Shown here: in pieces, positions 26,345 to 33,354 of the stretch | Layout: the number at the start of each line of letters is the position of its first letter | Position numbering within the stretch: the first letter of the stretch is position 1 | DNA from: a virus | Taxonomy: Duplodnaviria > Caudoviricetes | Strand: one strand, 5' to 3' | Length of the DNA: 33,354 bases | IMG/VR virus record: IMGVR_UViG_3300048578_000099 | Coordinates: 1 to 33,354 of that record | The notes under the pieces: generated by a model | What the model was told of the DNA's origin: nothing | The model's database searches: none | Seen by the model: only the letters and a program-made list of their open reading frames with translations | Translations under genes and position numbers: made by a program

Positions 26345-27898
26345 CTACCAAAATAATCCGCTCAAATCTTGAGCTTCTTTCTTCCTGAAAGGATAGAACG
26401 TATTAGCTAGAGCGTCGAACTCATCAATGCTTCGGCCAAGGCGTTTTTTTATATCCTCTTTAGGTTCTATTTTTATTTTACCATCACTTCTAAAGGACCA
26501 TTTAATTTCACTCGCTTCTTCGGCAAATGAATTACCAGGAGGCAACATAGCATTAGTATTATTTTTTGGGTCTAACCAGTCACGAACAGCCCAAAATAGA
26601 TAAGCTCTCATGTTTGCAAACTTGTATTGACCTGTTATATCTGTTAAGTCGCCTCCCGATTCATTTTTAGCACTATTACTGAACTTACAGCTTATGGTCC
26701 TATCTTCGAGTCCTTGCTCTACTAACCTAGGATAAATACCAGCACCTTCGCCGATTGTATCAATACTCGCTACTGCATATTTATTTGCATCAAGCTTGAT
26801 TTTTACTTGTCCGGCTACCTTCATATGATCGGCTTTACCCCCTGAATTATGCTTGTCGAACGACTTTACATAATTGTCGAATCTATCGCAGAAAACCGTA
26901 CTGTCACGACCCATTCCCGCTACGTCGACGCCAATAACCTGTGTTCTTACATCAATCATTGAGTTAACAGCAGTCTTCCATCGTTCCTGAGCTAATTCAA
27001 TCCACTGAGGCGGGATAAGAACATCCTCATCAACTTTCGGAAACTTACCAAGTATCTTTTTTCGACAAATATCTTCGGGTCTGTACCATTTGCCCTCAAA
27101 CTCAAAATCATCAAAATCAGCTAAAACGTCATCTTTCGAAATTGGAGTACACCAGTCAGGATCGCTGATGTAGTTTTTTACCCATTCGTAGTCTACTTGA
27201 CCCGGTATGATTATTTTCTTTGCAATGACATTGGGCGCGTTAAGGCTATTGAGATTTAACGTGTTCCATTTATCTTTTTTCTTGAATGTTTTTGCTGCGT
27301 AACCGGTTGTTTTGTTCGGGTTAAACACAAGCAAAATACGACTATTCCCTTGTAAGTTTCCCTCTATAGCCCCGAAGGTATCATCAACGATCCCTGTAGC
27401 TTCAGTAATCGCAAACATGGTGTTAACAGCATGAAATCCAGACCACGCCTCATGGTTGTGTTCGTCTGCTTTAAATCCAGTCAAGAACCACTCTTCATTG
27501 GGTGTTCGTATGTCATTCGATACTAATCTACCGGGTAGTATAATTCCTTTACTCTTCGCCCTATTAAATAACCGGCTTATTTCGGGAATCATAATGTTTT
27601 CAACCTGTCGTCCGGTTGGAGCTGTTAAGGCAACCTTGGTATTTTCTACCATTTCCCCGTTTTTATTCCATTTCGGGGTAAGGTATAAAAAACAGATAGC
27701 GGCCACAGCGGTAACAAAGTCTTTGCCCCTTGCCGTGCCGCTGGCCACCGATGTGCGCGGGTTGAACTGAACTGAACGAAGTATCTCTTCTTGCTCTTTG
27801 TCGAGAGTTACACCAAGCGCTTCACGAGCAAACTTGCACCAATCCGCAACCCATGAGCGCATAAGCTCAGCACCCTTCTTCTGCAAGTCATCAGTCAT
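26345..27898 (-). CDS. terL: Terminase large subunit
   Basis: Walker A-like SGTARGKD, TAPT..Q, Walker B-like MFAITEA, RNase H-like IGVDVAGMGRD and terminal DEFDALA. Confidence 0.9.
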   Translation of the reverse strand: MTDDLQKKGAELMRSWVADWCKFAREALGVTLDKEQEEILRSVQFNPRTSVASGTARGKDFVTAVAAICFLYLTPKWNKNGEMVENTKVALTAPTGRQVENIMIPEISRLFNRAKSKGIILPGRLVSNDIRTPNEEWFLTGFKADEHNHEAWSGFHAVNTMFAITEATGIVDDTFGAIEGNLQGNSRILLVFNPNKTTGYAAKTFKKKDKWNTLNLNSLNAPNVIAKKIIIPGQVDYEWVKNYISDPDWCTPISKDDVLADFDDFEFEGKWYRPEDICRKKILGKFPKVDEDVLIPPQWIELAQERWKTAVNSMIDVRTQVIGVDVAGMGRDSTVFCDRFDNYVKSFDKHNSGGKADHMKVAGQVKIKLDANKYAVASIDTIGEGAGIYPRLVEQGLEDRTISCKFSNSAKNESGGDLTDITGQYKFANMRAYLFWAVRDWLDPKNNTNAMLPPGNSFAEEASEIKWSFRSDGKIKIEPKEDIKKRLGRSIDEFDALANTFYPFRKKEAQDLSGLFW

Positions 27899-27904
27899 TA
27901 TTAT

Positions 27905-28477
27905 TTACTCCTCAATTGTATTTACCTGCATTAAAAATGACGTAAAATTCACGTCGTTTCCTTCTTTGTCAGTCTGTGCAATTTTCGTAGGCGCGTACAA
28001 TCCAAGCAGTTTGATACGCTGCTCTCGGCAATCGCTCAATGCAGCCATATAGCGTGGATCACCAAGCATAACAACGTTTTCTTCGTTCTTTTCAACACGA
28101 GTAGTGCGAATGTCGCCATTTTCTTTCTTGCTTTTACCAGTACCAATAACCTCGCCTTTTTTCTTCTGAGACACGTTCTTGTAGTCAGTTTTAGACTTTT
28201 CCCACTGCTCCCATAGTTCAGCTTCGCAAATAGCAATCTTCTCAAGCTCTGCTTGTATTAGCAAGTCAATATCATCAATTCGCGTCTTCTTCCATTCTGC
28301 GAGCAAAAACTGTATGTCTTTATGAACAGTTTGAAGACTATACGTCTTAAGCTCAAGTCGCCTCATTACTTCACTTGAAATGTCGCGATAGCTCTTGCCC
28401 TTCTTATACAACTCAGCAACTATAAGCAAACGGCCTTCTTTTATTTTGTTATGCTTTACATGTGCTATGTTTCCCAT
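27905..28477 (-). CDS. Terminase small subunit (putative)
   Basis: N-terminal HTH (ELYKKGKSYRDIS...TVHKDI) and KLLGLYAP motif, directly upstream of TerL. Confidence 0.72.
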   Translation of the reverse strand: MGNIAHVKHNKIKEGRLLIVAELYKKGKSYRDISSEVMRRLELKTYSLQTVHKDIQFLLAEWKKTRIDDIDLLIQAELEKIAICEAELWEQWEKSKTDYKNVSQKKKGEVIGTGKSKKENGDIRTTRVEKNEENVVMLGDPRYMAALSDCREQRIKLLGLYAPTKIAQTDKEGNDVNFTSFLMQVNTIEE

Positions 28478-28668
28478 TATACAAATGTTTTAGTAGTCGA
28501 TAACTCATGCCCGAAATACCAAAGCGATTGCGACTCGGCTGAGAATGATACTTGATACTCGTGCATATCTGTCGAGTAGGTATATCGAACGTCTATCACA
28601 ATACCTAAAGGACTTTCGAGGGTAATATGATAAACTCGATCTAATATGTTGAATATTGGCTTTCTCAT
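28477..28668 (-). CDS. Small SH3/KOW-like hypothetical protein
   Basis: MRKPIFNILDRVYH...GIVIDV...YQV pattern. ATG 28668 overlaps the upstream stop. Confidence 0.55.
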   Translation of the reverse strand: MRKPIFNILDRVYHITLESPLGIVIDVRYTYSTDMHEYQVSFSAESQSLWYFGHELSTTKTFV

Positions 28669-29222
28669 TATATTTCCTCCCCGCAATGTGGACAAACCAT
28701 CTTTTCTTTTTCCTTAGGCTTAGGCTCTTCTTCTTCCTCCGTATCTGGCTGCCAAACGTCTAAACCCCACTCGTGAAGCTCAGATTCGTTCCATTCATTC
28801 GCCAGTGCATCCCAATTCCACTCACCAAACCCAACATTATCTTTAATGAGAAACTCTTTCTGTTCGTCGGGCGTTAAGTCGTCCATCGGCACCACTTCGA
28901 CAACCGGTTTCTTTTGCCATTTTTCCCAGTAATCAAGCAGTAGCTTTTGTTCTGGCGCTGTCTTCTTTTGAAACGAGTTTTGCGACTCAAGCCTTATCCT
29001 TATCTCTTTTGCCTTCATGGTAGAGATAGCAGTAAGAGCACGGTAACGCATGTTGCCGCCTAGCGCAATAAATGCAGCATCAACCGCAATAGGGCGAATG
29101 CTGAGCATCTTCGGAAAAGAGAGAATAGAATCAACTAACTGGTCGAATTTCGCTTCTGTTATGGTTCTCGGGTTAACATCGTTTGCCCGTATAGTTTCTA
29201 AACTTACGATTTGAGTTTTCAT
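28668..29222 (-). CDS. ParB/Srx-like N-terminal domain protein
   Basis: NPRTI...LVDSI..FPKML..RPI.VD....LGGNMRYRAL, IKDN..FGEW and C-terminal CPHCG. Confidence 0.8.
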   Translation of the reverse strand: MKTQIVSLETIRANDVNPRTITEAKFDQLVDSILSFPKMLSIRPIAVDAAFIALGGNMRYRALTAISTMKAKEIRIRLESQNSFQKKTAPEQKLLLDYWEKWQKKPVVEVVPMDDLTPDEQKEFLIKDNVGFGEWNWDALANEWNESELHEWGLDVWQPDTEEEEEPKPKEKEKMVCPHCGEEI

Positions 29223-29239
29223 ATCATTTTGCTTTGTAA

Positions 29240-29279
29240 CAAAAATACTCTAATAGTGTCATCCTAGACACTATTAGAG
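29240..29279 (-). promoter_or_regulatory. Packaging operon promoter (-7 TATTTTTG) with operator copy 7 (29254-29273, extended to 13-bp arms)
   Basis: CTCTAATAGTGTC-ATCCTA-GACACTATTAGAG at 29248-29279. Confidence 0.72.
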
Positions 29280-29635
29280 GTAAAAAAAACCGCTTCTTTA
29301 ATCATTGTCAGCGTGTTATCAGTGTTCAATGTCGTTGGAACAACACGAAGTATCTTCCAACCCAACACCGCCGCTTTATTGTACTTCTCCATATCGCCAA
29401 GAAACCCTTTCCCCGAGTTGTGCCGACCGCCAACGGTGGTTATAAGCACGCCTTTCTTATTTCGATAGGTCCTTTCTTTGAATACGCCTCCCTCAACCTC
29501 AATGGCAATCTTGTGTGATGGTATAGCGTAATCAAAACGCCACATACGACCTTCACAGAAGTAATGCTCTTTAACGCAATCGAGCTTAAGGCTTGACTTA
29601 ACAAGCGTGGTGAAATAGTCGGTTTTGTTTTTCAT
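29264..29635 (-). CDS. PD-(D/E)XK endonuclease (DUF559/Vsr-like)
   Basis: EHYF...WRFDYA.P..KIAIEVEGG...D.EKYN.AA.LGW.ILR. Confidence 0.8.
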   Translation of the reverse strand: MKNKTDYFTTLVKSSLKLDCVKEHYFCEGRMWRFDYAIPSHKIAIEVEGGVFKERTYRNKKGVLITTVGGRHNSGKGFLGDMEKYNKAAVLGWKILRVVPTTLNTDNTLTMIKEAVFFTSNSV

Positions 29636-29861
29636 TTTTAGCCTCATCTACGATCTTCTTAATATCATTTAAGCAATTGTTTCGCCCCCTTATGTATTCT
29701 ACTCTCATTAATTGAGTTATAGTTACAAGTAAAACAATCCACAAAAAGGCGTAATACGGACGCTCAAATTTGATACTGAAAGGATGAAAAGTTATTGTAG
29801 TGTTGGCTAACCAAAACCAACTGATTGCTATAATAATAGCCGCAATTAATACTGTTTTCAT
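29598..29861 (-). CDS. Two-TM membrane protein
   Basis: Two hydrophobic segments. Confidence 0.6.
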   Translation of the reverse strand: MKTVLIAAIIIAISWFWLANTTITFHPFSIKFERPYYAFLWIVLLVTITQLMRVEYIRGRNNCLNDIKKIVDEAKNEKQNRLFHHAC

Positions 29862-29865
29862 GTGC

Positions 29866-30066
29866 TTATTTGTTTCTATTGTTAACTAAATCGTGAATAG
29901 CTCTCTCAGGAACCTGTTTGGGTTTATTTTCAGAGTTTTCAGTTTTTTCAGTTTTAACTCTGTGTACTAGCCAATAGTCGCATTCATCACAATTTTGAAT
30001 GCAGCCTTCTCTTTCATTACAACTCTGATTTACAAACCTGTTTTTGTTAATACATTGTCCTTCCAT
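29866..30066 (-). CDS. Small Cys-rich hypothetical protein
   Basis: C...C...CxxCxxC. Confidence 0.5.
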   Translation of the reverse strand: MEGQCINKNRFVNQSCNEREGCIQNCDECDYWLVHRVKTEKTENSENKPKQVPERAIHDLVNNRNK

Positions 30067-30089
30067 GATTTATGAGTTTAAATTACTAT

Positions 30090-30641
30090 TTACAATTTTG
30101 GCTTATAAGTATTTGTTTTTAATGCATTTAAGTCTTCAGTTGTTACTCTTTTGAAAATATCGGCTGGATCAGATATTTCCGAAAATTCCCAAAATCTCAA
30201 TTTGCCTTTTGCCGAAATAGGTACAGGAAATTTTATTGGGTTTGCCAGTATCCAATTGTAAATTGGTTTTGGCTTTGATCGAGGTATGAATTTTTTTATA
30301 TTAATATCAAAAACACCATCTGTTTTTTTAGCCCAAATGCTTGAGTGATTGATAACACTGCCAACGATTTCAACCGATCCGATAATTGCGCCGTATTGTA
30401 AATGAGTCCCAAATATTTCAAGTTCTTTGTCATGCTGCATGATGCATTTAAACTGATCTTCATTTACTGTATTTAACTCTCCATATCTTGCATTTTTTTC
30501 AAAATGCTTGTCTAATGCAGCATGAATTAAAACACGTTTACCAATGTTTTTTTTAGGACACGCCCAAGTACGGTTTTCGATGTCCTTAATGCCTTCAACA
30601 ATAAGCTGCGCCCAAGGCTGTTTTATCGAAATTGCTTTCAT
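30090..30641 (-). CDS. ASCH domain protein
   Basis: MKAISIKQPWAQLIVEGIKDIENRTW...VLIHA...GAIIG.V...KGKL.FW. Confidence 0.9.
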   Translation of the reverse strand: MKAISIKQPWAQLIVEGIKDIENRTWACPKKNIGKRVLIHAALDKHFEKNARYGELNTVNEDQFKCIMQHDKELEIFGTHLQYGAIIGSVEIVGSVINHSSIWAKKTDGVFDINIKKFIPRSKPKPIYNWILANPIKFPVPISAKGKLRFWEFSEISDPADIFKRVTTEDLNALKTNTYKPKL

Positions 30642-30675
30642 AATGTAAATGTTTGGTTTCTATGTGTTTGAAGAT

Positions 30676-32136
30676 TTAATACGGCACGTCGGTAGACATC
30701 GAGAACTCAAGATTAGGTAAAACGCTATCTTGCTTGCTTTCAATGTATTCAACTACAGAAGGGTCAACATAATCGTAAATCTGAGTTACGCTTTCGTTAT
30801 ACTTGAATTCAATTACTCCAATTTCGCCTTCTTTATGTTTTGCGATAATAAGCTCACCGAGTCCTTTTGTTGAGCGACCATCTTCTGTTTCGAGAATGCC
30901 ATATTTTTCAGGTCTATTTATGAATAGCACCATGTCCGCGTCTTGCTCAATAGCTCCAGATTCGCGTAAGTCTGCGAGTTGTGGTCGTTTGTCGGTACGA
31001 GATTCAACTGCACGATTTAGCTGAGAAAGAAGAATAACAGGAACACCAAGATCTTTTGCCATTACCTTACACTTTCTTGACATTATAGCAACTTCTTGTT
31101 CGCGATTACCTTTCGACTTCTCTTCTGTAGCTAGCTGTAAGTAGTCGATTAAAACCATCGTTAAATGTCCTTTTTTCTTAAGTGACCGAGCTTTTAACTT
31201 GATGAGGTCGATAGATAAACCGGAACGATCATCAACATAAATATTTAATCCTTCAAGATTCGATACAGCTCTTTCAATACTCTTCCAGTCACCATCTTTA
31301 AGATTTCCTGTTCTAAAGTCAGATGGATTAATACCTGATTCTCCAAGAAGAACTCTATCTGTTATTACTTTGCCAGTTGTTTCAAGAGAGAAAAAAGCCG
31401 GACTACCTCCATTCATCGCATCTTTTTTCATAATCGCAATTGCCATCGCAGTTTTACCCATTGATGGACGAGCAGCTAAAACAATTACTTGTCCGGCTTG
31501 CCATCCTTGAGTACACTTTGTAAGCTCAAGTAAAGGCGTAGGTATTCCGATGCATTTGTTTTCAAGTCTCAATTTTTGTCTTCTCTCTGCATCTTTAGCA
31601 GAAATCTGAACAAGTTCTCGCCATGAGGTATTTTCACCGGCATTTTCAAGAAGTGAGTAGATGCTATCAATTGAACTATTTGAATAGCTCATAAGATCCT
31701 CTGCATCTATAGAGTTGTCATATGCTTTCTTAATCGTTTCGGAAGCTATCAATATCAACTGCCTCTTGATAAATTGTTGCTGAACTAATCTTGCATGTTC
31801 TACAATATGAGCAGCAGATGCCACTTTATCAGTAAGTTGAGCAATAGCATACGGACCACCAACTTCATCAAGATTATTAGATCTACGTAGCTCATTCGTT
31901 ACTGTTAACAAGTCGATTTGCTTACTTGCTGAAAACAGATTGTAAATAGCTTCGTAAATAAGCTCATTTGAGGCCTTGTAAAACGACTCAGGTCTCAATA
32001 TACCTGCCACATCTAAAATCGCGTCTTTTTCGAGCATCAACGCCCCTAAAACGGCCTCTTCTAAATCTATTGCCTGAGGCGGTACTTTTCCAAGGTCTGA
32101 ATATTGAGAATTATTTGAATTTTGTTTTGTGTTCAT
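30676..32136 (-). CDS. dnaB: Replicative DNA helicase
   Basis: PPQAIDLEEAVLGALM, AARPSMGKT, IDYLQL, LSQLNR and DLRESGAIEQDAD. ATG 32136 overlaps the initiator stop. Confidence 0.95.
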   Translation of the reverse strand: MNTKQNSNNSQYSDLGKVPPQAIDLEEAVLGALMLEKDAILDVAGILRPESFYKASNELIYEAIYNLFSASKQIDLLTVTNELRRSNNLDEVGGPYAIAQLTDKVASAAHIVEHARLVQQQFIKRQLILIASETIKKAYDNSIDAEDLMSYSNSSIDSIYSLLENAGENTSWRELVQISAKDAERRQKLRLENKCIGIPTPLLELTKCTQGWQAGQVIVLAARPSMGKTAMAIAIMKKDAMNGGSPAFFSLETTGKVITDRVLLGESGINPSDFRTGNLKDGDWKSIERAVSNLEGLNIYVDDRSGLSIDLIKLKARSLKKKGHLTMVLIDYLQLATEEKSKGNREQEVAIMSRKCKVMAKDLGVPVILLSQLNRAVESRTDKRPQLADLRESGAIEQDADMVLFINRPEKYGILETEDGRSTKGLGELIIAKHKEGEIGVIEFKYNESVTQIYDYVDPSVVEYIESKQDSVLPNLEFSMSTDVPY

Positions 32137-32924
32137 TTTTGCCCAAGTTTTTTGTAGTACGGAAGAATAGGTTGTGTTGAAGTTTGCGTTACTGCTTTGG
32201 GATTGAATTTCTCTTCGTTTCTTTGCCACGTTTGAAGTCTTTTTGCCAATTCCCAAGTTTCTTCCTTTTCAAATTTCATTTTCTTCCCATCTCTTGACAT
32301 TTCACTCCAGTAGTTGAAAAACGAACGAAGCATTTCTTTTGGGTACGTTCCCGAAAAAGCAGCTATCTCGTCGTAGAATATTTTAGTTCTTTCTTCAAAC
32401 GATTTGGGAGGGTGTGAAATCGGATTTTCCGATTTTCCCTCTTCTTTATTTCTTTTATTCTTATATTCTTTTATTCTTATATTCTTAGAGTGTGTTCGGT
32501 CGTTGTTCGATTGTTGTTCACTCGTTGTTCGGTCGTTGTTCGATTGTTGTTCACTCGTTGTTCGGTCGTTGTTCGATTGTTGTTCAATCTGCTGTTCACT
32601 TACTTGGTATTGTTCCCAGTTAAGTATTGTTATTAAGCGATTTGTAGAGCTTTTCTGTTGTTCAATCTGTTGTTCGATTTTTTCGAAATAGTTCAAAATT
32701 CTTTCAATTTTGCTTTCAGAAATTCCCGTTTCGGTTGAAAGTTGTTTTCGACCTGTAGTAAATTGTCCGGGTTGACAAATGATTGCTTTTCCGGCAAACA
32801 TTTCTTCACGGTCCTGATGACTTGCTTTAATGAGAATATGTATCCAAACATGAACTTTTTCAGAGTCTTTGGAGTAATACGCCTTCTCAGAAAGCTTTTT
32901 ATATATCTTTATCCAGCCTTCCAT
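32133..32924 (-). CDS. Replication initiator (lambda O-like/replisome organizer)
   Basis: MEGWIKIYKK start, PGQFTTGRKQLS HTH, repeat linker and C-terminal FFNYWSE...TW.L..RL.TW, upstream of dnaB. Confidence 0.8.
   Translation of the reverse strand: MEGWIKIYKKLSEKAYYSKDSEKVHVWIHILIKASHQDREEMFAGKAIICQPGQFTTGRKQLSTETGISESKIERILNYFEKIEQQIEQQKSSTNRLITILNWEQYQVSEQQIEQQSNNDRTTSEQQSNNDRTTSEQQSNNDRTHSKNIRIKEYKNKRNKEEGKSENPISHPPKSFEERTKIFYDEIAAFSGTYPKEMLRSFFNYWSEMSRDGKKMKFEKEETWELAKRLQTWQRNEEKFNPKAVTQTSTQPILPYYKKLGQK
32446..32586. repeat. Probable replication origin: 33-bp tandem repeats (11-bp subunits) plus an AT-rich tract
   Basis: TGTTCGGTCGTTGTTCGATTGTTGTTCACTCGT at 32493, 32526 and 32559 (last copy 28 bp), next to TATTCTT repeats at 32446-32486. 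Confidence 0.75.
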
Positions 32925-32925
32925 G

Positions 32926-33108
32926 TTACAGTTCGAATTTGAGTTTGTAACGCATAATGTATATATCACCAAGATTCCAAGAATTAGATTTCATTTTGGA
33001 ACCTATAGTAAATCTTGACTGCTCCATTTGTTCTGCTAACTCTTGCTGAGTCATGCATTTACGTTTCAGTTCAATTCTTACTTTTTCCGATGTTGTTAGG
33101 TCTTGCAT
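32926..33108 (-). CDS. Cro-like HTH protein
   Basis: ELKRKCMTQQELAEQMEQSRFTIG. Confidence 0.7.
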   Translation of the reverse strand: MQDLTTSEKVRIELKRKCMTQQELAEQMEQSRFTIGSKMKSNSWNLGDIYIMRYKLKFEL

Positions 33109-33180
33109 TCTTGTATAATTTAAACATTCAAGGACTTAAGCTGATAAAACCGGACTTGCACATCCGGTTAATAAGAGATG

Positions 33181-33206
33181 TAAATATAGTATCATTCTGG
33201 ACACTA
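33181..33206 (-). promoter_or_regulatory. Operator copy 8 (33187-33206) overlapping a near-consensus -7 box of the replication operon
   Basis: TAGTATC-ATTCTG-GACACTA. Minus strand TATATTTA at 33188-33181. Confidence 0.62.
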
Positions 33207-33258
33207 TAAGGGATTTTAAAAAAAACATTATTTCGTTTATTGGAGTGTTAGGCACAAG

Positions 33259-33354
33259 CTAATCAACGAGCTGGTCTTTTATGTAAAGTCTTTGTTTGAA
33301 AGTTAACTTTTGTTTTTCACCATCAATCCAATGATAATACCAATTTGTTGCCCA
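33259..33354 (-). CDS. 3' end of a hypothetical gene entering the window
   Basis: Open frame ...WATNWYYHWIDGEKQKLTFKQRLYIKDQLVD*. Confidence 0.4.
   Translation of the reverse strand, partial: WATNWYYHWIDGEKQKLTFKQRLYIKDQLVD

Noticed and set aside
27399-27420. TerL Walker B reads AITEA rather than hhhhDE
   Set aside because: The catalytic Glu is retained and the other motifs are intact. Not evidence of inactivation.
32493-32586. 33-bp repeats as a CRISPR array
   Set aside because: Head-to-tail with no spacers, in-frame in a rep gene, and no cas genes nearby.
21223-32942. Plus-strand ORFs overlapping the minor head, portal, terminase, dnaB and rep genes
   Set aside because: Antisense shadow ORFs.
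33148-33169. Hairpin AACCGGA-CTTGCACA-TCCGGTT as the antisense RNA for the Rha leader
   Set aside because: Complementarity to the leader is only about 5 nt (TGCAA). More likely a simple leader hairpin.
1-33354. DGR, retron, integrase, tRNA, intron/intein or alternative genetic code
   Set aside because: No reverse transcriptase, recombinase, cloverleaf or splice motifs were recognised. Core genes are full length in the standard code.

Overview
AT-rich 33.4-kb segment of a long-tailed (siphovirus-type) phage or prophage, almost certainly of a Bacteroidota host (repeated TAnnTTTG -7 promoter boxes, A-rich non-Shine-Dalgarno starts). The minus strand reads, right to left: Cro-like HTH, replication initiator with internal iteron origin, DnaB, ASCH, PD-(D/E)XK nuclease, ParB-like protein, terminase, SPP1-type portal, minor head, scaffold, decoration, major capsid, neck, major tail, frameshifted tail chaperones, tape measure, an enlarged distal tail protein and a tail-tip protein that runs off the window. 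Three plus-strand islands interrupt this region: a Rha-antirepressor gene, a 7-kb accessory island and a 2.3-kb HTH island. Two non-coding signals stand out. (1) At ~17.2-18.4 kb there is an integron-like cassette array: long imperfect AAC...GTT inverted repeats in which each cassette's 3' end is complementary to its own 5' end, and one repeat donates the start codon of the next ORF. No integrase is in the window. (2) A 20-bp palindrome TAGTGTC-N6-GACACTA occurs 8 times, each time at a predicted promoter of early, antirepressor, accessory or late genes. All product calls come from motif recognition and gene order; no database searches were run.
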